Shown here in pieces: positions 1 to 11,528 of a stretch of 64,000 bases of DNA. The stretch covers positions 1,116,001 to 1,180,000 of the forward strand of contig OX442314.1 of assembly GCA_949358305.1 (NCBI GenBank), given 5' to 3'. Within the stretch, counting starts at the first letter, position 1. The number at the start of each line of letters is the position of its first letter. The stretch is from Strigamia acuminata. Its lineage: Eukaryota. A program made the position numbers and the translations under genes. Under the pieces are notes generated by a model. It did not search any database and was not told the origin of the DNA. It saw nothing but the letters and a program-made list of their open reading frames with translations.

Positions 1-59
1 ACTAATCAGACTATTTTAAATAAACATATCTTACAGTTTGACATTTGCAAACTATCAAA

Positions 60-2513
60 ATGACGAAAAGCGGGAAAAATCGAAACCCTTCAACCGCAAG
101 CGCCCGAAGAAAAGCCATGGAATCCGCCAAGGCAAGGGCCGAAGCATTAGCTAGTCCAGCGTTAGAAAAGCAGCCACCGGAGCCGACGAGGGAAAAAACG
201 ACTGGAAATACACCAGTCAACGAAAACCACGCGGAAAAACCACCCGAGAATGTGCCGACCGAAAAAACGCCGGCTAGTAAAGTACCCGCTAGCAAAAACC
301 CAACCAATAAAACGCCGATAAATCAGCGAATCGAAGAAGAAGTCGAAGAAGAGGAGGAAGAATCCGGACAAAGTCAGAACGGGTATAACCTATTCGACAA
401 TCGGGATAATCACCAGAGTAATCGTATCACGATCACGCACGGTTATAATTCGAAGAAATCCCAAATCGATAGCTGTAAGGAAGCGTATGAACTCGCTCGA
501 CTGGAGGGAATCCCTTACGATGAAGAAGGGGATCCGCTGGCCCAATTGGACATGATACTCCGGCTGACAAGAGAACGGGCGGAAAAAAGAGCTATCCGAC
601 AAGGAAAGAAGGCCGTCAAGCGTCAAAAAACGAATAATCAGACGACCGACTCGTACGACTCGACCCGAACCAGTTCCGACGCGGACGACGAAAGCGAAGC
701 TGATTCGCTCGATTCGAAAGGAATTAACGTCCAAGGATGGGCTAGTATCGTAGACGAGCCCGTCGAAGTGCAAAACGAATTCTTGGAAGCTTTTCAGCAA
801 GACAGTCGCAATAATCGCGGGAGACAATCGTGGGCATTCGCACAATCTTTCGCCGCTAAAGCTGGCCATACCAGCCAAACGCCAAACGACCCGAATTCTG
901 AAATGATACGATTAATTAATCAGAAAAACCAGGTCAGAAATCAACAGGGACAAGATAGGTTGGCAATGCCAAGCCTCGAAGATATACGGACGGTTAAAGC
1001 CAACGTCGACGCAGCCAACGAAGCCGCGAAAACCAAAATCAAGACCGCTAACGACGCCGAAAGAGAAGCCGCGAGAATTAATTCGCAGTTACACGGAGAA
1101 AGGAAATCAACCATCCGGATAAAGCAAAACAACGGGGTCCTGAGCGGAACAGCCGTAAATGGAATCTTTCCCCCCGGAACTCAACTAGCCGCGACTTCTC
1201 CAAATTTAACCAATCAAAATTCCCCTCAACACCAGAATTCTTCGCAAAACCACCAATTCCTTCCTCAAAACGGAAATATTTCACCGAGTTATGGGAGTCA
1301 GAGCCAATCCGACCCCATATTGGAAGAGCGATTACGAATGATAGAAGAACACATACGTGCTGATTCACGGACCGGCCGAAACCAAGACTTGGATGAACGA
1401 GACGAACAGAATGAAAACCTACTCCGAAAATATTCAGCCGACCGCTGGGCGTTAGATAACAAAGACCGAAACATCAAGTGGCCCCAGCTGCGCCTGATGA
1501 AATTCGACGGTACGTGGAGGGCAGGAAATAAATTTCTAAATGAGGTGGCACTCACCATCTCGAGACTCGGAGCCGAACCAGACGAAATGGTAGTTAAGGG
1601 GCTGCCAGAAATGCTGGTAGGAGAGGCGAGAGAATGGTATGTGGAGGCGAACTTGAAGTATTGGGAGCAATTTGTGGTCGCCTTCAATACGCAATATGGC
1701 GAGACACAAAAAGAGATTAGACAACGAGTCAGTCTCATGCAGCAGGCGACCGGAGAAGAGCTACGAGCCTATTTTCTGCGAGCTAAAAGTCTGTTCAATG
1801 AACTGTATACTCCGCTGGACGCTTACGCTCAACGACTAATTTTTGATAAAGGATTGAACGAGGCATCCAAAAAGGTGCTTCGCGACATGAACGCTCCAAC
1901 AACCGACAGCTTCGAACAACTGTTGAAATTTGTCGATAAACGTCACGAAGAAGTAAATGACCGGTACACAGACGCTCTAACACCGGAAGAAAGAAAATTA
2001 GTCCAACTTCGCATACAGCGAATCCACGCCAGAAATAACGACGCAGGGCGATTAATCCGGTCGCGAACGTTCCTAAACGGAGACATAGAGGCGGCCCCAC
2101 CAAAGAAACCCAGCGACAAGTCGACTTCTAACCCGATACCGGCTCCAAAAGCTTACAGAGCCAGTACGAACTCCGACGCAACTAACCTCGAAGACGGGAG
2201 AGAAAGTGAAGAAGACGACTCCGAGCAGAACTCAGAGGGCGACGCGAATAAAACCGAGCATCACAACCCAAAGAGTGACAAGCATTACGAAAAAAGGGAT
2301 TTCACAAAACGATCATTCACACGGACGGAAAACTCTACTACAAGACCTTGCAATTATTGTAACGAGGTGGGACATTGGAGGAGGGATTGCCCGAAACGAA
2401 AAAAGAGGAAGGAAGAGAAGAAAGCCGCCGAGAACGAAGCATTGTTAGAAAAGCTAACAGCTAAATTTGAAGAATTGACAAAAAACTGGTTAAAGCAGAC
2501 AGAGAAAAAATAA
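60..2513 (+). CDS. gag: Gag protein of element 1
   Basis: First ATG at 60. Capsid-like core (FDGTW...LVGEAREWY...WEQFVVAFNTQY...QQATGEELRAYFLR) and zinc knuckle CNYCNEVGHWRRDC. Confidence 0.9.
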   Translation: MTKSGKNRNPSTASARRKAMESAKARAEALASPALEKQPPEPTREKTTGNTPVNENHAEKPPENVPTEKTPASKVPASKNPTNKTPINQRIEEEVEEEEEESGQSQNGYNLFDNRDNHQSNRITITHGYNSKKSQIDSCKEAYELARLEGIPYDEEGDPLAQLDMILRLTRERAEKRAIRQGKKAVKRQKTNNQTTDSYDSTRTSSDADDESEADSLDSKGINVQGWASIVDEPVEVQNEFLEAFQQDSRNNRGRQSWAFAQSFAAKAGHTSQTPNDPNSEMIRLINQKNQVRNQQGQDRLAMPSLEDIRTVKANVDAANEAAKTKIKTANDAEREAARINSQLHGERKSTIRIKQNNGVLSGTAVNGIFPPGTQLAATSPNLTNQNSPQHQNSSQNHQFLPQNGNISPSYGSQSQSDPILEERLRMIEEHIRADSRTGRNQDLDERDEQNENLLRKYSADRWALDNKDRNIKWPQLRLMKFDGTWRAGNKFLNEVALTISRLGAEPDEMVVKGLPEMLVGEAREWYVEANLKYWEQFVVAFNTQYGETQKEIRQRVSLMQQATGEELRAYFLRAKSLFNELYTPLDAYAQRLIFDKGLNEASKKVLRDMNAPTTDSFEQLLKFVDKRHEEVNDRYTDALTPEERKLVQLRIQRIHARNNDAGRLIRSRTFLNGDIEAAPPKKPSDKSTSNPIPAPKAYRASTNSDATNLEDGRESEEDDSEQNSEGDANKTEHHNPKSDKHYEKRDFTKRSFTRTENSTTRPCNYCNEVGHWRRDCPKRKKRKEEKKAAENEALLEKLTAKFEELTKNWLKQTEKK

Positions 2514-2523
2514 ATCTGTCTGC
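2480..2523 (+). promoter_or_regulatory. -1 programmed ribosomal frameshift signal, element 1
   Basis: A_AAA_AAC (2480-2486) in the gag frame, 8-nt spacer, perfect 9-bp stem GCAGACAGA (2495-2503) / TCTGTCTGC (2515-2523). The -1 frame is open to TAG 2858-2860. Confidence 0.75.
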
Positions 2524-2939
2524 ACGCCCGGAAGACCGAACCCCGAATAGAACCACGAACGAAACAATTAACCAAGCAATCAACGAAATAATTACGGAAG
2601 AAATAGATAAATTAAAAATCGAATTAGATAATAAAGAAACCAGCGACTCAGATTCGGAAGATGAATTAAAAACCAAATGGAAAAACACCAATTGGTTAGA
2701 AAAACAAATTAAGGAATTACAGACGAAAATCGCTTATTTCACCACAGCCTACTTCACCACCGAAAAATTAAAATACCGTGGCTCAACCACTGGCAGAAGA
2801 AGAACCACCCCACCTCCTTCTATGAGTGCCCTCAAGGAGTCACTCGAGAGGAAGATGTAGTCAAAAAACATTTTTAAAGAGAAATTTCGCAATGTCATTT
2901 ATCTTTTTATTTTATAACGACATTGCTGAGGAGGGGACG

Positions 2940-3525
2940 TGTGGTGACCACGAGGTCATAAAAGTGTTTTTAGTATTTACAATAATTAATCGTCAGATTA
3001 TTACGAGAAAACTAGCTATACTAGTTTTACCGTTTCTGCGGAATCAACATGATGACGTCAGCCATTTTGCATAATTCCCCGAATTTATGCAAATACGTCA
3101 TTTCCGGTCATTAGGGGGTATTTAAACCCGTGTTTTGACCGGAAGCGCGACTTACAGATATATCACAGCAACAGTAGCATCACACCTCACCTTTCAGGCC
3201 GAGCACCACGGATTGATAGAGGACCGATGCCAGTTGCCCAAGTCATCTGTAACACCAAGCCAAAGATATTTGTCGTAGCAAAACTACGACCGAAATATCT
3301 CATCATCGCCGAAGCGTTTTGCGAACACGTGTTTCGCCAGGACGCCATTAACCCTAGACAACCAGAAGCCACGTGTAAGACTGCCGTGCAGCAACAATCG
3401 TATCCGACCAACAAGGATCCGAGACCAACCTTAAGTATTATTACTATTGTATTACAAGTGTGAAATAAAAGGTTTATTAGTAAGATATTGTGTACGTTTA
3501 TTTACCGGAAACCAAGGTTACGACA
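2940..3525 (+). repeat. 3' LTR of element 1 (586 bp)
   Basis: Follows the PPT, TG...CA ends with an 8/10 inverted repeat, AATAAA near 3464; abuts element-2 LTR sequence. Confidence 0.8.
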
Positions 3526-4005
3526 AGCTGAGGTGGCCTGATGTGTCGATAGAGAATAATGAAATCAAACGATAACAATTCAACTACAGACAATATACAA
3601 GTTCAGTTATCAAGCCAGGGGGGTTAGTGGGTGAGGAACTGATGCTTATATAGTTCTGTAGAACTACTAGATTGGCGACAGCCAATCAGCGTATGAATCG
3701 GCGGATTCGCGGGTCACTAGTCCGGACCTAATATATGACTATGTCCAGATGGGCCCAGTTGGGGTCCAGAAGGGTCCGATTGGTTCCCTTCGACAGGTAA
3801 GTAATGTGGATATTGATTCGATAGAATCAACATCATCAAGTAATTAATACTTAATTCATATTGAATAAAATAGTTATATTTTATTCACCGTGTCTAAATA
3901 ATTATTTATCACACTTTTTAGTTTTATCGAGTTTGAATTACGCGCGTTTGGTAAACAGCGCCATCTATTGTGAACATTGATAAATACGGATTTGTAATCA
4001 TCACA
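3526..4005 (-). repeat. 3' LTR of element 2 (480-bp part; remainder displaced by element 1)
   Basis: Identical by eye to 16157-16636. Preceded on the minus strand by purine run GGGGGATG (about 4006-4013). Confidence 0.92.
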
Positions 4006-4747
4006 CATCCCCCGGTGACAATCATAGAGTTTACCAACTTTTTAATTGTCATTCTTAGTGTATAAGAAATGTTCACCTAATTCTATCGAATTAATCCACT
4101 TGGTAAGTATTTTATTAAACTTAATCGCGTTATTTCTTTCAGAAACTTCGTCACCCGATTAGACTAATCGGCTTCCCTGTACAACGCAACTCCCGGTTGC
4201 TAAGCGACGGAAATGAACTCGTCCGAACATGGATACATGTTCGAGAAAACTAATTTCGATAGAAATTTTATTTTCGCCATCAAATAAACTTCTCCACAGC
4301 TTATTAATTATCCAGATGATCAAATAAAATAAATTTATGCAAAATTTTATTTATCGGAAAAATCTAAACTACTAATTTTTATTACGATTGTCATAAAAAT
4401 TATTGAATTTCAACTTGAAATTCTTCAACACTTTGAACAAAGCAAAATAAACACAAAATTTCCACAAATAATTATGAAATTTGTAAATAAATCAAACAAA
4501 CATATATTAATATGATTCGTTCAAACAAAATCAAATTGAATTCGGAAAGAACAATTAAATTGAATCTAATTTTTAATCAACTATATTCGTTAGAATATTT
4601 AAATAATTAGTTCTAATTTTAAATAAAAACTGAACACACTACTCATGAGAATACTGGAAAAATCGCAAACACAACAAAACACTTGGAATATTTTTAGTCA
4701 AAAATATTTCCACTCAGAAAAAATAACGAATGTTAATTTTGTCCCTT

Positions 4748-6265
4748 TCATTCCTTCTTCTCGACTTCAGTCGAGTCTTTCTCTTCCTTCTTCTCGACTT
4801 CAGCAGAAGTCAGAAAATCCGACTCTTCAGTCGCCTCTGTCGAGACGGCGGAAAACACAGCTTCTTCCGGCGCTTCGATTTCCTCTGGGCTCGGAGGTGG
4901 GAACGGTAGATCCTCGAGCAACTCCGCCACAAAATCGACGACGGAAAGCAACTCCTCGGCGTCCTCGAACTGTGCGTCGTCCGAAGTCTCAGACTTAGAC
5001 GCTGGAGGGGCGCTAGACACGTCGGTTACGGCCGCTGGAGGATCCTCCACGGGTTTAGACGACGTTTCAACAGCCTGTTGAAGCTTACGAGCTCGCCCTC
5101 GTGCCAAGATGTTGGTGCGTTGAACTTTGGCAATTTCTCTCGCTCGATCGAGCGTCAGGCAGCCTCGTCCACGCGACATCGCTCTTGGTCGAACGAATTC
5201 TTCCTGCACCTCGCTTCCGGCGCTCTCGACGGCTTGGACAGTTTCAGTAGAAACTTCGGAGTCCTCGGATGGCGGCGGCGACTGTCGAAGGAGTTCGACT
5301 CGGACACCGGCGTTGGCCTCAGCGCGGGTCCAGGTGAGGAAGCGCGGGTCGATGTAAACCGCTTCGCCACGACTATTCAGGAAAAGACGGCACTTGGGGC
5401 AGTGAGCCCAACATCGCTTCTCATTTGGCTTAATGCCTTTCACCACGTGGGGCTGAACCTCCTTGCGCCACGGCTCCGAACGCGGTCGCGTTTTCCTTCC
5501 ACGGCAGTTTGGACAGCGCATTAGAGAAGAACCTGCGGATGCACCGCAGCACCACCCACAGCCGACGCAAAATGGGCAGATCGTCTCTGTGGCCTGGTCC
5601 GTTACGATGTTATCGTGCGGAATTCCTGCAGCCATGTCACGTTCGCACTGTTCCTTGCGCAGGCGGGCCTTCTCATCCTTCTTTCGTGCCTTGTTGGCCG
5701 CTCGGTACTCGCGGTTGCAAGAAACGGGCTCCGAATAACGCAAAGCGCCCGGCGGCGGCTCATTCCATCCGTATTCTGATGCAGAAGACTCAGCACCAGC
5801 AGGAAGATGCGTAACAGCCGCTGATTGTCCCGTCACAGTCGGTGCAGCCGCATTCGACGTGTTGGCGACGGTGGGCGCCACGCTTGCAGTTGGCGGCCGA
5901 AATTCGGGTGAATGCGGGGCCAACGGGACGTTGATAACGTTCGCGGGCGGATACGCCACCTGGGCCAACGGGGCCAATTGCGCCGACTCATAAACAGTTG
6001 GCTGCGCAGAAGTGGATGGGGCCTGCATCATCGCATTCAAATCGAGCGGAAGTCCGTCCGGGTGGACACTGAGCCAATTAAGCGTTGCGAGTTGCAGCGG
6101 CGTCAGGGCGTACATCGAGGCGGGCGCCGTCGGTATCGGTTGGGCCCTCATGTAAGCGCGTTCCGCTGAACGGCGTTGCTCGTCACTAGACGAGGTGGAC
6201 GAGCTGGAGCTTTCATGACGGTGTCGTCGATGACTCCGTTTTGAACGGTGTTTACCGCTTCCCAT
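4748..6265 (-). CDS. ORF3 of element 2: 505-aa Cys-cluster protein of unknown function in the env position
   Basis: Uninterrupted GC-rich ORF in AT-rich flanks. ATG directly after a TCTGCAG splice acceptor. Motifs CPFCVGCGWCC, CPNCRG, CWAHCPKC; basic N-terminus, acidic C-terminus. Confidence 0.75.
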   Translation of the reverse strand: MGSGKHRSKRSHRRHRHESSSSSTSSSDEQRRSAERAYMRAQPIPTAPASMYALTPLQLATLNWLSVHPDGLPLDLNAMMQAPSTSAQPTVYESAQLAPLAQVAYPPANVINVPLAPHSPEFRPPTASVAPTVANTSNAAAPTVTGQSAAVTHLPAGAESSASEYGWNEPPPGALRYSEPVSCNREYRAANKARKKDEKARLRKEQCERDMAAGIPHDNIVTDQATETICPFCVGCGWCCGASAGSSLMRCPNCRGRKTRPRSEPWRKEVQPHVVKGIKPNEKRCWAHCPKCRLFLNSRGEAVYIDPRFLTWTRAEANAGVRVELLRQSPPPSEDSEVSTETVQAVESAGSEVQEEFVRPRAMSRGRGCLTLDRAREIAKVQRTNILARGRARKLQQAVETSSKPVEDPPAAVTDVSSAPPASKSETSDDAQFEDAEELLSVVDFVAELLEDLPFPPPSPEEIEAPEEAVFSAVSTEATEESDFLTSAEVEKKEEKDSTEVEKKE

Positions 6266-7322
6266 CTGCAGACGCAAATAAATTATTTATTAAAAATAAT
6301 TCCACTCTAAATAGTCATTCCTTGAGTCCAAAGAATTAAAACGTATTGTTCGCAACGAAAAATACACAACTCGAGTTATTTATAACCCTTAACACGTGAC
6401 ACTAATGAGTCACATTCCCCTTGTGTTTATGACACGAGAATGGACTCGCCTGACAGCGATTTTCATTGAAAATCGCAACTTGTTGATTCTTCAAGAGAAA
6501 AATCCCCTTAGTTTTGTAAACTATTTAGTCCAACTTCCGAGTATCAAAGATAACTTTTCGTATTAATTAATTAACACTTAGTCTAATAAATATCTTTCAT
6601 CGAAAATTCACCGCTAAATAATTTATGCAAGCCTCGACCGCGACTTGATTTAAATAACTAGTGCCCACGTACTTAAACTTAATAAATAATTATTAAACTT
6701 AACCCAACTATTCGACTGAATAGCTAAACTTCCAGAGTGATTTAATGCCGATTCACGCTTATAACAGCACGTGAATTTATAACTTTTTTTATCGGGACGC
6801 CGATATTTTTCAATTGTTGCGAACAATTTTCTAATTCTTTAGTCAAAGAATATTAACGAAAACTACTTACAATTAGAAGCTAGTTTTCCTGGTTTGAAGT
6901 CGGCTAAATAAATTAGCGTCGAAATTCTCAAGTCGAAAAAAATGAAGACGGGTCGAAGGGACGAAGTCACTAGTATCCGTGTGTATTACGAAGTGTTTGT
7001 GTGCAATGAACCCTGGGAATTTTATTCCCTATTAATTGTCGGGTTCGAGGTTTAATCACACCTCGTAAGTCTCGTACCTTCGTAATTACGCGAGATTATC
7101 ACTTTTCCAAGTAATTCTCTGTATTTTGGTTAAAATACATGTAAATACGACCAAAAAATTAAAATATTCTACCGAATATTTAATTCATCGCAACAAATTC
7201 ATATTTTAATATAAGTTTCTATAAATATCGTAATATCTTGTCCTCCGGTGTTGAGATTATAAATCACTACACCTGTCAGACATGTAAATAATTACAGTCT
7301 TCAAGTTTTGAATAAAACTTTA

Positions 7323-10300
7323 TCAATTCCAACAGAACTTTGAGGCTTTTCCTCGTTGTTGGTAAGGTTTTTTAAATACTGCAGTGATGTTTCGCACAAA
7401 ATTTTCATCTGCATATTTAGGATTTGGTTTTCGTTCTTGTCGTGGACGAGTGCTAGTTCGTGGAACTATCGGTTGGGGTTTGCGGGGTTTTCGAGGCGGT
7501 TTCTTTGGAACTTCGCCTCTTTTTAACGCCGCTTTCCTTTCCATAGCAGTTAAGCGTTGTCTATGTCTATGTTTAGACTTTGTAGGCGCAGATTTGTCAA
7601 TCTGCACTGAAGTTGAGTCGGATAATTCCATTGGAATTTCTGAGGAAGTTTCAGGAATTAATTCCATTTCCTCAGCATCCGGAAGTTGATTACTTTCGTC
7701 CATCCATTTAGGATTGTCTTGAGGCGAGTAAGAGGCGGACTTTTGTCCTATTTTCCAAGTCTCAATCGGATACGACGGAGTATAGGGATACAACGCTTTA
7801 ATATTTACTGATTTTTCAATCGAACCATCAGCTAGTTTGCGTAATTTATACGCTCCGCCTGGGAGTACTTTAGTAATCTCCCACGGACCATCTCTCTTCT
7901 CTGCGAAACCAGCAGAAATGTTTTTATCTGCGCACGAGAGAATGTGAGTTTGTTTCCAAACTAAATCTCCAACTTCAAACTCCGTAATTACGAACTTTTG
8001 TTCGTGTATTTTTCTATGTCGTTCAAAATTCAATTGGATTCTGCGATGCATCTCTTGATGCGATCTGCGTAATATATCTAATAGTACTCTGACATATTTT
8101 TCTGGATTTTCTTTGTCAAATGGATTGGCATGTTTAATAATCCTTGGGTCGAAAGGTAATGTTACGATTCGTCCCGTGTTCAGTAGCATCGGGCTTGAGC
8201 CTGTTGCCGCTGAGACATTATTTCTCATCGCGAACGCGAATTCGTCTAAATATCGTGGCCATTGCGTGTGCACATCTGTGTACAAAGCTAGCATCGTCTT
8301 TATATCTCTATTGGCTCGCTCTGTCGGGTTCGCCTGGGCATGATACGTGCTCGTATGAGACGGGCGAATGTTGTACATATCGCAATACTCATTGTAAATA
8401 TCGGAAACAAATTGTTTTCCGTTATCGCTCACAATCTTTTTGGGGTGTCCCCATCTGTTTGTAACAGATCTTAATTCTTGAACGCAGTTAGCGCTCGTGG
8501 CTTTTGTCAAAGCCTTAATTTCAACGAACTTGGTACAATTGTCAATAATGACAAAAATATACTGGTTTTGGGACCTTCCCGCGGGTTTTGGGCCCATCAA
8601 GTCCATGTTAATACATTCCCAAGGATTGGTCATGTTGTGTGGTGTGTACGGAGCTGCGTGCCTTTTCTGTTGAATAGGCTTGTACTGAGCACAGTGCGTG
8701 CAGCTTTTGACGTAGTTCCTGACACTTCTACTCATACCAGGCCAGAAATATATTAAACGCGTTTTCTCAAGCGTCTTACTCATCCCAGCGTGACCGCTTA
8801 GGGGGTGGCCATGACAAGCGAAGAGTACTCGTTTTACGAGTGAACTGGGTACAACGGCTTTAAAGCCATTTCCCGAATCGTTTAATTCCTCTTCGAATGA
8901 AGGGTTAAAATAGATGATCATTTGATCACCATCAACTTCTTTTTTGTCCAAACAATAGTTTTTGACTTTGTTTTTCCATTCTTTTATTTCAGATTGTGGT
9001 ATCCCAACAACCTTGTCATTCAATAAATATTCCCGAATGCGTTTGCATTCAGTATCTAGTAACTGAGCATCTATTATTTCTCTCCTTGTAGGAGGGACTT
9101 CTTTAAGTACTTCAGTCAACGCACTGTACAAGGTTTCTTGTACTTCCTCCCCCTCCTTTTCTTCAGAACATTCTTTAGAATTTTCTGAAAAATAGGAACG
9201 CACACTAGCCAAATATTCTCGTTTCTCCGGGGCACGATTTAATGAAACAGAAGGATTTCCGTCCCACTCAGGCCAATATTGTTTAATTTCAACAGGTTCC
9301 ACATGATCACGAAGAGGAATGTCTTCCTCTGTTAGTGGGGCTCTAGAAAGTGCATCTGCAACTTGATTAGCAGCACCTTTTCGAAAAACAATTTTAAAAT
9401 TTCCACATTGGATTCTTAAGGCCCATCGGCCAAATTTCCCAGATGGTTCAGGCGTTCGCATCAACCATTTCAGTGCTTCTGCATCTGACTCTAAAGTGAA
9501 TGTACCATATTCGAGATATGGTTTAAATCGATCAATAGCCCACACGACTGCGAGACATTCGAGTTCCGGCGTTGTATAACGCTTCTCCGCTCCACGTAAA
9601 ACTCTGCTTGCATAAGCTACAGGTCTGGGTACAGAAATGTTTTTCTGCTTCTTTTCATCGAATATATCGACGTCTTGGCAAAGGACAGCTCCTAAGCCTT
9701 CATGTGAAGCGTCAGTCATGACAACAAATGGCAAAGTCATATCTGGTTTGTGTAGACAATTGTCACCACAAAGTAGCTCTTTAATTCTATTAAAAGCTTC
9801 TGTCTGCTCATCTCCCCACTCGAATGGAGTTTTCTCATTCATCATACGTGTGTATGGCGCGGCAATAGTTCCGTGATTTGGAACAAACTTCCTGAAGAAG
9901 TTAGTCATGCCGTGAAAGCGCTGAATGTCTTTAGCACACGTGGGGGTGGGAAATTTCATGATCGCCGATATTTTATCGGGATCACCGAAGAGACCTTCGG
10001 GTTTAATCCAGTGGCCCAAGAATTTTAATTCTGTACGCCCAAAACGAGATTTCGCTTTATTTATTGTCATGTTGGCTTGGTTAAGCCTTTCCAAAACATC
10101 TCGGACATGTTTGAGATGATCATCCCAATTATCTGAATACACAATTACGTCATCCAAATAAACTAACGCGTAGTCTTGTAAAGCTGAGCCTAAAATGCCT
10201 TCCATCAGACGCTGGAAAGTACAAGGCGCATTGCACAGGCCGAACGGCATTCGCACAAATTGATAAGGGCCGTTTGGCGTATAAAACGCCGTTTTTGGAC

Positions 10301-11528
10301 GATCTTCCTCACACATTTCGACTTGGTAGTAACCTTTAACAAGGTCAATAGACGTAAAATACTTTGCCGGACCAGTATTATGCAGCAAAAGGTCAATACT
10401 TGGCATTTGTATTACTTCGACTTCAGTGATGGCATTTAGCCACCGGTAGTCAATGCACATCCTATACGAGCCGTCAGGCTTCGCAACAATGACGGGATGA
10501 CTTATGAAGGGCCCTTTGGCCTTTTCAATGAGTCCATCCTGTTCCAATTCTGCAGCTAGTTTGGTCATAATGGCTCTCTTGGCCGGGTTATACATTCTAT
10601 ACTGCATTTTGGGCAATGAATGCCCTTCTTTGAACTTAATACGATGTTGGGTCACGTTAGTGCACCCAACTTGATCACGAAATACGTTCGGTATCGAGTT
10701 AACCACTTCGCGAAGTGCTAGTCGTTGTTCTGGAGTGCAGTCGCTCTCCTCAACTAATTTTTCATCCCAAGTCAACACAGGAGTGTCTGTTAACTCAATT
10801 GAGTTGAGAGTGGACGACAGTCCTAAATAATCGAAAGTAATTCGATTTAATGGGGCGAGGGCCAAATTGGCTTCTTCCGATTCATAAGGAGCGGACCAAT
10901 TAGGTTTATCTGCACAAGAGAACTCTTGTAAATGTGGATGCGGACTAATTTTCTGTCTGCGCATGAAATTGTGACCAAGTATCAAGCCACAAACTCGTTT
11001 TGCTAAAACGATGAAGTTCATTGGTGTAAATTCATCAGCCCATTGTACGCACAAAGTTATTTGTCCGACAGGCTTGTGTGCTACGCCTACAGCGTTAACC
11101 AACATGTTTCTGGGGGCCTCTTGCAAAAATTCCGGCAGAGCCTGAGTTTCAGACAAAAGTTGTTCCCCAATGTAACATTGAGATGCTCCTGTATCCATGA
11201 GCGCGTTGTAGGTGAGCCCACCAATTGTGATCTTCATTCGAGGATCATCTTTATTATTACCTAAAGTGATATTGTGCAAATTATTGCCGCCTATGACTCT
11301 GTTGAGTCGGCGAAGTCTACAGAATTTCTTCGTGTAACACTTGTGTGGAAATAATGTCAGATTTTTTAATTGTTCTGTCATTTCTTGCAGATTTTCCTCT
11401 ACTCCGCCACTATGACTAGTGGCTATTTCAAGACAAGTTGTGTCTACATCCATAAATAAAGTTTCCGATGCAGCATTAGCTACTTCTGGGGGATGGAATA
11501 AACCTTCGTCCCCCGGACCTAGTTTTTT
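7323..11528 (-). CDS. pol: Pol polyprotein (protease, RT, RNase H, integrase), reached by -1 frameshift
   Basis: LMDTGAS protease, VYLDDV RT, TDAS RNase H, H..H/CTHC and MDLMGP/SDNGKQF/ERANR integrase, GPW motif. Frame is open from the slippery site to the Met at 11453. Confidence 0.97.
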   Translation of the reverse strand, partial: KKLGPGDEGLFHPPEVANAASETLFMDVDTTCLEIATSHSGGVEENLQEMTEQLKNLTLFPHKCYTKKFCRLRRLNRVIGGNNLHNITLGNNKDDPRMKITIGGLTYNALMDTGASQCYIGEQLLSETQALPEFLQEAPRNMLVNAVGVAHKPVGQITLCVQWADEFTPMNFIVLAKRVCGLILGHNFMRRQKISPHPHLQEFSCADKPNWSAPYESEEANLALAPLNRITFDYLGLSSTLNSIELTDTPVLTWDEKLVEESDCTPEQRLALREVVNSIPNVFRDQVGCTNVTQHRIKFKEGHSLPKMQYRMYNPAKRAIMTKLAAELEQDGLIEKAKGPFISHPVIVAKPDGSYRMCIDYRWLNAITEVEVIQMPSIDLLLHNTGPAKYFTSIDLVKGYYQVEMCEEDRPKTAFYTPNGPYQFVRMPFGLCNAPCTFQRLMEGILGSALQDYALVYLDDVIVYSDNWDDHLKHVRDVLERLNQANMTINKAKSRFGRTELKFLGHWIKPEGLFGDPDKISAIMKFPTPTCAKDIQRFHGMTNFFRKFVPNHGTIAAPYTRMMNEKTPFEWGDEQTEAFNRIKELLCGDNCLHKPDMTLPFVVMTDASHEGLGAVLCQDVDIFDEKKQKNISVPRPVAYASRVLRGAEKRYTTPELECLAVVWAIDRFKPYLEYGTFTLESDAEALKWLMRTPEPSGKFGRWALRIQCGNFKIVFRKGAANQVADALSRAPLTEEDIPLRDHVEPVEIKQYWPEWDGNPSVSLNRAPEKREYLASVRSYFSENSKECSEEKEGEEVQETLYSALTEVLKEVPPTRREIIDAQLLDTECKRIREYLLNDKVVGIPQSEIKEWKNKVKNYCLDKKEVDGDQMIIYFNPSFEEELNDSGNGFKAVVPSSLVKRVLFACHGHPLSGHAGMSKTLEKTRLIYFWPGMSRSVRNYVKSCTHCAQYKPIQQKRHAAPYTPHNMTNPWECINMDLMGPKPAGRSQNQYIFVIIDNCTKFVEIKALTKATSANCVQELRSVTNRWGHPKKIVSDNGKQFVSDIYNEYCDMYNIRPSHTSTYHAQANPTERANRDIKTMLALYTDVHTQWPRYLDEFAFAMRNNVSAATGSSPMLLNTGRIVTLPFDPRIIKHANPFDKENPEKYVRVLLDILRRSHQEMHRRIQLNFERHRKIHEQKFVITEFEVGDLVWKQTHILSCADKNISAGFAEKRDGPWEITKVLPGGAYKLRKLADGSIEKSVNIKALYPYTPSYPIETWKIGQKSASYSPQDNPKWMDESNQLPDAEEMELIPETSSEIPMELSDSTSVQIDKSAPTKSKHRHRQRLTAMERKAALKRGEVPKKPPRKPRKPQPIVPRTSTRPRQERKPNPKYADENFVRNITAVFKKPYQQRGKASKFCWN
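11488..11528 (-). promoter_or_regulatory. gag-pol -1 frameshift signal, element 2
   Basis: A_AAA_AAC just before the gag TAG, 7-nt spacer, GGGGGA...TCCCCC hairpin. The -1 frame runs into pol. Confidence 0.85.

Larger units (their letters stand above)
1..3525 (+). mobile_element. LTR retrotransposon 1 (Ty3/Gypsy-like, gag-only; 5' end outside window)
   Basis: Gag ORF with CCHC knuckle, -1 slippery site, polypurine tract GAGGAGGGGACG (2928-2939), then an LTR bounded by TGTGGTGACC...GGTTACGACA. No protease, RT or integrase motifs. Confidence 0.85.

Noticed and set aside
4748..6277. ORF3 as env
   Set aside because: No signal peptide, fusion peptide or transmembrane anchor is visible.
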